DNA of 64,000 nucleotides from a virus: IMG/VR virus record IMGVR_UViG_3300030098_006570, positions 32,001 to 96,000 of that record; one strand, 5' to 3'. Shown piece by piece: positions 9,092 to 17,051 of this stretch (position 1 is its first letter; each line of letters starts with the position of its first letter). The notes under the pieces were generated by a model. It saw only the letters and a program-made list of their open reading frames with translations, ran no database searches and was not told where the DNA came from. The position numbers and the translations under genes were made by a program.

Positions 9092-9526
9092 TTAGCCGAC
9101 GCCTGCTGAACCGGACCAGTTGGGACCTTGAATTCCTGCACCACCTAACTGTACCACACTACCAGACGCATAATCCAGCTGCTCTACAGGAATGGAGGTG
9201 AGCCCAGCGGCGACGAAAAGACTTTTCGGGTCTTGTCTGGATCCACTAACATAAAGGCGCGTAAGCTTCAGATCTACCGGACCAAAGGTGCCCGAAACTG
9301 CATCGAGGGGCCAACCGTGTGATTCCAACAGGATTCCGGCTTCGGAAAAACCCACGATAGCCAGACTTCCACCCATGTTTCTTACTGAGACCCAGCTGGT
9401 TACAGCCGGGAATTTAATCTCAACAACCCCATCGATAGGGCTTATGCTTGCAGATACCCACGGCTTCCCAGATACTTGGTATGAGGCCGCGCTTCCTAGT
9501 CCCGGGGTATAATTATATGTCGACAT
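9092..9526 (-). CDS. Small virion structural protein (144 aa)
   Basis: Beta-rich composition with several SGS/SAS motifs. First gene after a late-promoter motif in the fibre cluster. Confidence 0.6.
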   Translation of the reverse strand: MSTYNYTPGLGSAASYQVSGKPWVSASISPIDGVVEIKFPAVTSWVSVRNMGGSLAIVGFSEAGILLESHGWPLDAVSGTFGPVDLKLTRLYVSGSRQDPKSLFVAAGLTSIPVEQLDYASGSVVQLGGAGIQGPNWSGSAGVG

Positions 9527-9543
9527 ATTCTAATCTCCGTCTT

Positions 9544-9554
9544 ATTAAGTAGCA
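9544..9554 (-). promoter_or_regulatory. Putative late promoter (TGCTACTTAAT)
   Basis: CTAnTTA motif about 18 nt upstream of the ATG at 9526. Confidence 0.5.
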
Positions 9555-9567
9555 TCGAACTTGATGT

Positions 9568-9789
9568 TTATCTAAACATTTTCCTTTGTCGCTTTCTTTC
9601 CAGCTTAAGGCGCTCGCGTTGGGCTTTCTGGCTTTTCAGTTTTTTCTTGACAGAGGGCTTTACGTAATGATCCGTTCGGGCTCGATAAGTTTCTATCACT
9701 CGATCACGTTTACATTTTTTGATAAACCGTCGTATGAGTCGTTCCGAACTCTCTCCGCGACGTAAATCTACTCTCACATTAGTTGCCAC
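9568..9789 (-). CDS. rpsU: Phage-encoded 30S ribosomal protein bS21
   Basis: 73 aa, very basic. V.V...GES.ERLIRRFIKKC...VI..YR....YVKPSVKKK fits the bS21 consensus (V...E..E.ALRRFK......RRE.YEKPS). GTG start with AGGTGA SD. Confidence 0.9.
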   Translation of the reverse strand: MATNVRVDLRRGESSERLIRRFIKKCKRDRVIETYRARTDHYVKPSVKKKLKSQKAQRERLKLERKRQRKMFR

Positions 9790-9796
9790 AATTCAC

Positions 9797-10246
9797 CTAC
9801 TTTCTCTCTTTTACTTCGTTCATGTGGGCACTCCAATTGCGCCCCACGGAACCAAATAAATTGCTAATATCCACACCAGCATCGTCAGGCGCGTGGCCCG
9901 CCATAGGGTTGGCTTGCTGTTGCGGTGACCCTTGGGCAGGGGCCGGGGTTGTCCCTTCAAAGAGATCGACCCCATTAAAAGCGCCGCCGCCAATGGCGGC
10001 CATCAACTTCTTCTTATGTTGTTTTAGCTTGTTACCCTGCTCCTCGCTAAACGCATTTCGTCGCATGCGCTCTTTTACGGGATCAGCCTTAGGCGCGGCT
10101 TGACGCTCTACAATGGGCTGGGGGGTGTTCATTCCTTTGACGACCTCAGCTATAATACCCGAGATAAGTCCGTCTTCCATGAGGGATTCTTTAATGCACT
10201 CATTAACCAGAGGCTTGAGGATTTTCTTTAGTTCTGACTTTTTCAT
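9797..10246 (-). CDS. Hypothetical head-associated protein (149 aa)
   Basis: N-terminus MKKSELKKILKPLVNECIKE resembles the leader motif family. ATGA overlap with the upstream gene. Confidence 0.6.
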   Translation of the reverse strand: MKKSELKKILKPLVNECIKESLMEDGLISGIIAEVVKGMNTPQPIVERQAAPKADPVKERMRRNAFSEEQGNKLKQHKKKLMAAIGGGAFNGVDLFEGTTPAPAQGSPQQQANPMAGHAPDDAGVDISNLFGSVGRNWSAHMNEVKERK

Positions 10247-11856
10247 TTTATACCTGCTAATACTTTCATTCTATCAAGTTCTTTATGTTCGGCTAGAGCT
10301 GGATTCATTTTTTCAGCTTTGGCGGCACTCACCACCTCTTGCCAGGCACGTTGGAGGTTTTCCACTTTGTTCCCCAGTCCCGGAACTTTGCCCAACTGTG
10401 CAATCATCCATGGGATCATGGGTTCACCCTCATCAGTCTTTTCGTTGATGAGTTTTTTCAATAAATCATCTGGGATAAGTTCCACGATCCCTGCGGCTCC
10501 TTGTTCGAGAACAGTCGCGGCTCGCGCATTTTTTAGGTACTTTGAGGCTGTTCGAGCTTTTCCGGCATGGCCGGCCTTGACCAACTTTCGCAGAGTTCCA
10601 AACTTCTTGGCACGGGCGGCCGCGACGGCGCCTTTGGCACCCTTACCAAGCTTACCAGCTTTCATGGCCTCCCCGACTATAGGAGTAAGAGAAACCAAAT
10701 CAAATAATGCCCACCCATACATGCCTCGACTCGTATTTAAAATAAGGCTGGCAATCGTAGCCGGCTTACTTACTGCCATGGCAGGAGGCCAAAGCCCCAC
10801 GGCACCTAAGACGTCCAGGCCGGCCTGAACTTTGTCGAGAGCAGCGTCCCATTTGCTATCTTCCTTTGCCAATATGTCCTTGGCGAGGGCTATCATTTTC
10901 TGCTGAGCTTTCTGCGCGAGGCGGGCTACCTCGTTGGGGTGTATTCCGTATTCGTCCGGACCGCGGGCGGCGGCGTTCTGATCATCGAGCAGTTCCTCGC
11001 GAGCCTCATAAGCATCTTTGGGGCTCAGCCCGAAGATGTCGGCACGCTTGTCAAGGAGCTGATTGAAGGTTTCGATGTCAATTCTTATGGTCCCCCACTT
11101 AAAGTCGTTCGGCTCAACGGAAGAGAAAAATTCCTCTAGAGTCTCGTCGTCCAAGGATAAGAAAAACTCACCAAAGTCGACTGCTTCTTCTTCAGGATCT
11201 GCTACAGTGAGGATTGAAGGGATGTCTTCCTCTTCATCTTCAAGGTCTGGAGCAGCAACTGGTTCCGTTACAATGGTGTCTGTCTGGTCTTCTTGATCCG
11301 GATCCGGGCCCCGGACTGGTTCTGCTACAATGGTGTCTGTTTGGTCTTCTTCATCTGGAGCAGCCACTGGTTCTGCTACAATGGTGTCTGTCTGGTCTTC
11401 GTCTGGTTCGGGATCAGCCACAGTGAGGATCGAGGGAATGTTATCAGCTATACTTTTAACGACCGGACTAATATCCAAGGCGCTACGATTAAACACTGCC
11501 AACAACTGTTTAAAAACTTTGGGGTTCTTTTGGGCTATGGTATCTAAAAATACTTTGAGCTTGGGAGCATTTTGGTGTGTAACCACCACATCTTCCTCAC
11601 CGGTGAAAAGGCGCTCATTTTCTTTAACAACAAAGCCTTCGTCTTCAAGAACGCCAGTAAGTTCATCTACAATAGCTTCGCGTTGTGAGGGTGTGAGCTT
11701 TGCTCCGGACATTTTAGACGCATCGTTCAGTCCCTTAATGATGGTCACTAGTTCGGATGCCGGGTATTCTTTGGTTGCCTCTTTCTTGCCGAAACCAAAG
11801 ATTTCATTAATCTCTGCCTCGATCAGACGATCCAATTCAGCCCGGGAAATTCTCAT
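10243..11856 (-). CDS. Putative capsid-internal/ejected protein with leader motif, acidic repeats and a pre-toxin(PT-TG)-like hydrophobic segment (537 aa)
   Basis: N-terminus MRISRAELDRLIEAEINE, C-terminus DRMKVLAGIK, central LDVLGAVG...RGMYGWALFDLVSLTPIVGEAMKAGK. Directly downstream of the prohead protease. Confidence 0.6.
   Translation of the reverse strand: MRISRAELDRLIEAEINEIFGFGKKEATKEYPASELVTIIKGLNDASKMSGAKLTPSQREAIVDELTGVLEDEGFVVKENERLFTGEEDVVVTHQNAPKLKVFLDTIAQKNPKVFKQLLAVFNRSALDISPVVKSIADNIPSILTVADPEPDEDQTDTIVAEPVAAPDEEDQTDTIVAEPVRGPDPDQEDQTDTIVTEPVAAPDLEDEEEDIPSILTVADPEEEAVDFGEFFLSLDDETLEEFFSSVEPNDFKWGTIRIDIETFNQLLDKRADIFGLSPKDAYEAREELLDDQNAAARGPDEYGIHPNEVARLAQKAQQKMIALAKDILAKEDSKWDAALDKVQAGLDVLGAVGLWPPAMAVSKPATIASLILNTSRGMYGWALFDLVSLTPIVGEAMKAGKLGKGAKGAVAAARAKKFGTLRKLVKAGHAGKARTASKYLKNARAATVLEQGAAGIVELIPDDLLKKLINEKTDEGEPMIPWMIAQLGKVPGLGNKVENLQRAWQEVVSAAKAEKMNPALAEHKELDRMKVLAGIK
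11190..11445 (-). repeat. Intragenic tandem repeats encoding EDQTDTIV(A/T)EPV x3, flanked by IPSILTVADPE x2
   Basis: Three near-identical DNA copies of actggtt..g.tacaatggtgtctgt.tggtcttc on the plus strand. Confidence 0.9.
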
Positions 11857-11858
11857 TA

Positions 11859-12458
11859 TTAACCCTCTAAAATACTATCCATCAAGTTGATGATTTTGTT
11901 AGTCTTGGCTACATGTTCATTCATGAGCTTATTTTCAGAAAGGGCCATAAAGGCGTTGGGGGTTGACGGCTCGGATACAATGTCAAAACAGATAAGCTGA
12001 AAGTCATCCTCGACAATCGTCTTGCCCATACGCTCGGTAACCGATCCCATCCCCCGCGAGGAGATACCGATCTTCACTCCCGACTCCACCAAGGCGCGCA
12101 AGATTTGGCCAGAGGGAGTCTTGAGAACTTTGCACTTACCCATTACGGAGGCACCATCCATCCATACCTCAGTTACCATGTGGGAAACGTTGGCAAGATT
12201 GATGATGGAAGAATCAGGGTGGTCTAACTCGCCGAGAGCACGGTTATCTTCAACAATCTGCTTGTACCTTTTTACTTCGCGCTCCATGATTCCTCTAGGA
12301 TACACTCGTCCATTTCCGTTCTGGACATCTGCTTCCTGCAGCTTGCCAGTTAACATCATACCACCATTACGCACAAAGGTCTTCTCGGCTTCCGTCAGTA
12401 AATCTTGACAGACGCCGCCTTCGCATAGTTCATAGAATTCTCGTAATAGTTTAGCCAT
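11859..12458 (-). CDS. gp21: Prohead maturation protease, T4 gp21-like
   Basis: NGNGRVYP, ALGELDHP, VSH, TPSGQI, GISSRGMGS and FDIVSEPSTPNA motifs. Confidence 0.95.
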   Translation of the reverse strand: MAKLLREFYELCEGGVCQDLLTEAEKTFVRNGGMMLTGKLQEADVQNGNGRVYPRGIMEREVKRYKQIVEDNRALGELDHPDSSIINLANVSHMVTEVWMDGASVMGKCKVLKTPSGQILRALVESGVKIGISSRGMGSVTERMGKTIVEDDFQLICFDIVSEPSTPNAFMALSENKLMNEHVAKTNKIINLMDSILEG

Positions 12459-12461
12459 TGT

Positions 12462-13310
12462 TTATTTCTTCTTTTTCTCTTCCAGCTGATGTGAGAAATC
12501 AAACACATCGGTCCAAGATCCTGTGCCTCCAGACTTTCTTTCGCGCTCTTTACGAGCGGCGGCTGCGGCCCTGACCCGGTCTTTCTGGTCGCGGTCGGCT
12601 TGGATTTCAGCATCCCTTCGCGCTTTGTCGCGCCCTTCAGGAGAATTTCGATAAGCCTCTCGTTCGGCTTCTTCTCGATCTTTACGCCGTTGCTGCTTGG
12701 CGCGCTCTTCCGCGTCTCTCTCGCGCTGCTTTTTTCGCTCGTAAGCGTCGTTCGACTTCTTAGCGCTGCGCTGCTTTGACTTAACAACAGTTCTGAGATA
12801 GTCATCCCAAGCGCGACCTAGACCCTCATATGAGGCGTCATATTTGTCGCCGTCCTCGAAAAAAGACCGGAAGTCCCAGTTGGTTGCCGATGGAGTGTCG
12901 TCAATCTTCTTCTCGTATCGGCTTTTGCCTTTCTTTCTCCAGAAAACATTCTTCTTTGCTTTCCCTCCAGCAAGACCAGTTCGCGATACCATATCGCCAA
13001 TAGCGGAGAAAACATCCTCCTCTAGCCCGTGACCGGCTTCCTCTATTTCGCCCCACTCTTGATTGCGGGTGCGGGATCTGTTCTTCCACTTATCCGCTGC
13101 GATATCATCCTTAACTTTCTGCCGGCGGCGAGCTATGTCATCTCTCTGGCGCCTATCGTAGCGGTCCTGGGCGGCTTGTCGCCTCGAAGGGTCCGGTGGC
13201 GGGATCTTTCGCCAATCTACCTCTTCAGCAACGGTTTCTTCCCCACGATTCACCGTCTCGTTCAAGAAGTACCTTGGGTCTATTCGTTTTGTATTCTTTC
13301 TGCGCGCCAT
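12462..13310 (-). CDS. Highly charged hypothetical protein (282 aa), possible head-internal protein
   Basis: R/K/E/D-rich, N-terminus MARRKNTKRIDPRYFLNE, GAGG SD. Lies in the head module. Confidence 0.6.
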   Translation of the reverse strand: MARRKNTKRIDPRYFLNETVNRGEETVAEEVDWRKIPPPDPSRRQAAQDRYDRRQRDDIARRRQKVKDDIAADKWKNRSRTRNQEWGEIEEAGHGLEEDVFSAIGDMVSRTGLAGGKAKKNVFWRKKGKSRYEKKIDDTPSATNWDFRSFFEDGDKYDASYEGLGRAWDDYLRTVVKSKQRSAKKSNDAYERKKQRERDAEERAKQQRRKDREEAEREAYRNSPEGRDKARRDAEIQADRDQKDRVRAAAAARKERERKSGGTGSWTDVFDFSHQLEEKKKK

Positions 13311-13420
13311 TGTTTTAATTCCTCTGATGTTTTTAAGTTTAACGTGGGGCCTTTCGACCCCACATAAAGTATGCTACCGGAGCAGCACCTGCGAACTGGT
13401 TGGATCATCCACTTTGTCAT
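13280..13420 (-). CDS. Small ORF (46 aa) with vicinal cysteines, MTKWMIQPVRRCCSGS...
   Basis: Below the ORF-track size cut-off. Near-perfect SD AAAGGAGGTGA 6 nt before the ATG, and ATGA overlap with the upstream stop. Confidence 0.6.
   Translation of the reverse strand: MTKWMIQPVRRCCSGSILYVGSKGPTLNLKTSEELKQWRAERIQNE
13344..13363 (-). other. Stable RNA hairpin GUGGGGUC-GAAA-GGCCCCAC
   Basis: 8-bp stem with a GNRA tetraloop inside the small ORF. No good U-tract follows. Confidence 0.6.
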
Positions 13421-13737
13421 GACTTCTCACCTCCTTTGTGGATCAATCTGATCCCGTAATCCTCGACCAACATACTTAAAAAGTATGAGGTTCCAGCACT
13501 AATGCAACCGCACATGAACGCTGTCATGGGCTGATTGCTAAAACTAAATAGTTCTGTATAGGGACTAATGCCCCACAGAAAGACACCAACCCAGAATCCC
13601 ATGCACAAATGGCAGTGGAATAAACGACCAAATCCCCACATTGACTTGCAAGGTGGGCGGATCTTATTAAAGATATGTCCGTGAATAATAATAAATGTCA
13701 TGCCGTAAGCGGCAAGCACAAAATGTAATAGTTCCAT
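13417..13737 (-). CDS. Small membrane protein, DUF1360-like (CxxC-GFW)
   Basis: Three hydrophobic segments and an LFHCHLCMGFWVG motif. Confidence 0.7.
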   Translation of the reverse strand: MELLHFVLAAYGMTFIIIHGHIFNKIRPPCKSMWGFGRLFHCHLCMGFWVGVFLWGISPYTELFSFSNQPMTAFMCGCISAGTSYFLSMLVEDYGIRLIHKGGEKS

Positions 13738-13740
13738 GTT

Positions 13741-14247
13741 CTAATAACGATTGCGGAGCGGATAGTAGTAGTAACCCGGTCGCATCGCGCCCTTCTCCGC
13801 ATACTGCGGCACTTCGCCGTACTCTGTGGAGTTACGGTCAGACGGGTGTGTGTACATGTCTTCGAGTTCTTTCTCGTATTCATCGGCAATTTTATCGCTG
13901 CCGGCTTCACTTACCAAAAACTCGGTAATAACATACACAGCAGCCTGTAGTGAGTTGACTTGCTCATTGGTGTAAATTTCGGCCTCCAAAGAACGAAAGA
14001 CGTTTCCCCCCTGAATGCTGGACCGATCGATGATACCCTTATCTGCTAGCATCTCCAGCAAGCGATTCTGATGGTCGTAGACATCTTCGGTTGCCGTAGT
14101 TTTGGGAAAAATAATAACCTTCATTTTTTCCGGGACAACAGCAATATCAATCTTGCGATGATCCATAATCAGAAGAGAACCATCTAAGGCCCGTCGCGCG
14201 TTGAGCGCTACCGAGGCCTGTGGGCCTCCGATTTGAATCTTAATCAT
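13741..14247 (-). CDS. Hypothetical head-module protein
   Basis: ATG at 14247 with AAGGAG SD, overlapping the upstream stop. Confidence 0.65.
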   Translation of the reverse strand: MIKIQIGGPQASVALNARRALDGSLLIMDHRKIDIAVVPEKMKVIIFPKTTATEDVYDHQNRLLEMLADKGIIDRSSIQGGNVFRSLEAEIYTNEQVNSLQAAVYVITEFLVSEAGSDKIADEYEKELEDMYTHPSDRNSTEYGEVPQYAEKGAMRPGYYYYPLRNRY

Positions 14248-15049
14248 GACCAAGTAGCTCCTTGCTGAGATCCTGAACCTTCAGGACCTTGCCTAAATCT
14301 TTCTCTTCGAACTCCCGCTTGCGGAAGCTATCTAGATACTCCACCACTCCCTCGATCTTTTCTTTGATGAGTCCTTCCTCTTGTGTTTCCAAATTCTCGG
14401 TAAGGACGGACTTGAGGCGCCCCAATTCTTCATTGAGATAAAGCTTCATCTCGAACCCCTGATCGGCAAAGCTAGTAATGTAGTGCGTCAGAAGCGTCTT
14501 CTGTTCGTGAAGAAGGTTGTCGTACTTTTGATTGAATTTCTTGATAAAAGAATGATAAGTAAGATTGTCGATGGGCTGCAATGTTTCTTGGGGAGAATCG
14601 ATCTTCTCTGCCATTCGGTCTACAAGAGCTTGCTCAAAAAGAACTCTTTTCTTCAGCGCTGTTTTGGAGCTAAAGATCCCCTTGACAGAGGCCAATGACT
14701 TAAAATTGGGCACAAAGGTTGCCCAAACTTCTGTTCCCAGCTGCTTGTTAATGACTGCAATAAGACGAGATTGCGCATCAAACAATGCACTCTCATCCAG
14801 CTTTTTGTGGGCCTCCTTGGTTTCAGTCATCAGACGGCTCGCGACCTTCTCTTGGATATTGCGAGTTTCTAGAAGGGTCCGATATAGGCGCAACTCCTCT
14901 CCCAAAACAGTATTTGGACCCAGATGCTCTTGTAAGATCTTGAGGATAAGAGCCTTTCGTTCGGCATCATTATCCACAATGGCTTTGGTAAGAGTGCGAG
15001 TGAGGGTCTCGTAAACAAATGCAATATTTCTTTTCTTATTATGCTTCAT
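14240..15049 (-). CDS. Hypothetical helical protein downstream of portal (269 aa)
   Basis: Clean ORF starting MKHNKKRN, overlapping the portal stop. Confidence 0.7.
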   Translation of the reverse strand: MKHNKKRNIAFVYETLTRTLTKAIVDNDAERKALILKILQEHLGPNTVLGEELRLYRTLLETRNIQEKVASRLMTETKEAHKKLDESALFDAQSRLIAVINKQLGTEVWATFVPNFKSLASVKGIFSSKTALKKRVLFEQALVDRMAEKIDSPQETLQPIDNLTYHSFIKKFNQKYDNLLHEQKTLLTHYITSFADQGFEMKLYLNEELGRLKSVLTENLETQEEGLIKEKIEGVVEYLDSFRKREFEEKDLGKVLKVQDLSKELLGHD

Positions 15050-17048
15050 GTGTTTCTGCCTCTTTCGTTTCTAACTGCTCCACTAATCGGCGTACCTTCC
15101 TAGTGTCTTCAATTAAAGTAGTTTCTGCACTAGTATAAATAGAAGCTTTTTGCTCTTCGAGGCCAACTAAAGATTTGAACTCTAGTTTGCCAATGCCCAA
15201 ATCTTTGACATTAGTCTTGCCCGGTGCGCGAGAGCGCGCGGTTCCAAGGCGGGGGGCTTCCGGCAAAGCTGTATTTTTAATATGACGACTGGTAGGACCT
15301 GAACGCTCCCGTCGGCGCCGGTCACCGCCGCGCCTCTGAACTGTCTTATAGGAACTCTTTTCATAGTGATGTACGTCGTCACCCTCTGTCATATCTTCAC
15401 GGCGTCCCGGTGTTGTCAAAAGAACGTCGTCTTCGCCCCCAGGCTCTCCGCCAGCTGGTTCGGCGCCTGCGTCGCCACCAAGGTCACCGCCTCCGAGGTC
15501 ACCACCCAAGTCTCCACCAAGGTCACCGCCTCCCAGATCGCCGCCCAAGTCGCCGCCCAAGTCTCCGCCGGCCAACGCCTCCTCAGCTCCCTGCTCAGTA
15601 ACAGCCTCAAGTGCCTGCTGATACTTACGATCATGAAAAGTTTCTCGCTGATTGCGGAGATACTCATCATCGGAAAGTCCCAGAATATTTTGGGCCACCC
15701 AGCGCTTGCTGAACGTACCTTCCGGAACCGCATTGGCTGTGTCAAATTTGGTGCGCAGATATTCTAGCTGCTGCAGCTCTGCAAGACGCGAAGGGTTGTT
15801 GAGAGTAAGGTCAAAACTCAATAAGTCTTCGCCCCGGAAACCTAGGGTGTATAAATGAACCACGGCGATCTTCTCTAGCTCGCTAATGAATGAGCGCTGA
15901 AGTCTCTGAATCGTGCGTGCGAACCGAATATCTTTTTGAGCCAAAGTAGTCTTGTCCTCGGTATCTCCCTCTAGGTTGGTAAGATACGACTGTGGGACCT
16001 TAATTGCTGCGAACATCTTGTCGCGCATATACTTTACATCCTCAATGTCGTCCAAAGACTTGGCGCCTGGGAGAGACGTAATATCTGAACCAACTCCTCC
16101 CCGCATTGGAATAAAGTAATCCTCTTCAAGTGATAGTGGATTGTAGCGAAGATCCACACGACCAGTTGTAGCATCCACTAACTGGTTTCTCTTCATCTCC
16201 GTTTTTACTTTTTCCATATACTGAGCGACTTCTTGCGGAGGGATATTTCCTACATCAATCTTGAAGATCCGTCGTTCGGGCGCACGAACCACACGATAAG
16301 CAATCATTGCATCTTCAAGTAAAGTAACTTGGCGCCAAATTCTGCGGGCTGGGTCAAGGACTGAGGTACCGTAGGGAGCATGACGATCATTGCCCAAAAT
16401 TCTGAAGTGTGCAATCTGCCAATTCTCGAAGGTCATACCAGCTGCGTTCCACTGATACTGAACATAGTTAGGATTCGTTGAGTCTTGCCCCTCAAGGCGC
16501 TCAACTTCATTGTTCGGAAGGCCAATTACTGATGTAACCCCCATCTGCTCGTCAACATCCAAATAGAGGAACAAGTCTCCATACTTACACATGGAGCGGG
16601 CCCAACCAAAAGCATTGAAATCCAAATTGAGAACCTCATAGAAAAGAGAATTTAGAATAGTCTTGATTTCAAGGTTCAAGCAAGAAATATTGAGCATCTT
16701 ATCATACTCATTAGATGTCGTCATTTCATCGGCATAGATATCTAACGCCGATGCGATCTCAGGCATATACTCCATCTGTTCAAAATCTACATAGCGTTCG
16801 GCGCGGTTCTGATTACGGAAGGCAGCAGAAGTAAACAGATTATAGTTCTGCGACATGTTGTTGTCGGCACGACGGAACTCTTGGCCGCTCATGGAACGGA
16901 ACCGATAACGATACTTATCTAAATCAGCGCGGCGCTCCTGGCGAGCTTGCTGGGCGCGGAAGTTAACAATAGGTCCCGATAAAAGACGAGTTAGGCGCTT
17001 GAATAGCGGCGCGGCTGGGTTGCGAGTGTTGCGAGTGTTATTGGCCAT
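15039..17048 (-). CDS. gp20: Portal protein, T4 gp20-like, with long C-terminal extension
   Basis: PEIASALDIYADE, LLEDAMIAYRVVRAPERRIFKIDVGNIP, EDYFIP.RG...I.SLPG, DIEDVKY and DIRFARTIQRLQ motifs. Confidence 0.95.
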   Translation of the reverse strand: MANNTRNTRNPAAPLFKRLTRLLSGPIVNFRAQQARQERRADLDKYRYRFRSMSGQEFRRADNNMSQNYNLFTSAAFRNQNRAERYVDFEQMEYMPEIASALDIYADEMTTSNEYDKMLNISCLNLEIKTILNSLFYEVLNLDFNAFGWARSMCKYGDLFLYLDVDEQMGVTSVIGLPNNEVERLEGQDSTNPNYVQYQWNAAGMTFENWQIAHFRILGNDRHAPYGTSVLDPARRIWRQVTLLEDAMIAYRVVRAPERRIFKIDVGNIPPQEVAQYMEKVKTEMKRNQLVDATTGRVDLRYNPLSLEEDYFIPMRGGVGSDITSLPGAKSLDDIEDVKYMRDKMFAAIKVPQSYLTNLEGDTEDKTTLAQKDIRFARTIQRLQRSFISELEKIAVVHLYTLGFRGEDLLSFDLTLNNPSRLAELQQLEYLRTKFDTANAVPEGTFSKRWVAQNILGLSDDEYLRNQRETFHDRKYQQALEAVTEQGAEEALAGGDLGGDLGGDLGGGDLGGDLGGDLGGGDLGGDAGAEPAGGEPGGEDDVLLTTPGRREDMTEGDDVHHYEKSSYKTVQRRGGDRRRRERSGPTSRHIKNTALPEAPRLGTARSRAPGKTNVKDLGIGKLEFKSLVGLEEQKASIYTSAETTLIEDTRKVRRLVEQLETKEAETHEA
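15468..15575 (-). repeat. Low-complexity (GGDL/GGGDL)n repeat in portal tail
   Basis: GGDLGGDLGGDLGGGDLGGDLGGDLGGGDLGGDAG. Confidence 0.9.
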
Positions 17049-17051
17049 AAT

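Noticed and set aside
11190-11445. CRISPR-like mini-array
   Set aside because: The repeats are in-frame coding units with short related spacers, and there are no cas genes or leader.
12395-12805. 136-aa alternative-frame ORF overlapping the 282-aa gene and the protease start
   Set aside because: Nearly fully nested in another frame of a low-complexity purine-rich gene, with no convincing independent evidence.
13344-13420. Selenocysteine insertion (hairpin as SECIS)
   Set aside because: Both Cys codons are TGC. Read-through of the upstream TGA meets another stop after three codons.
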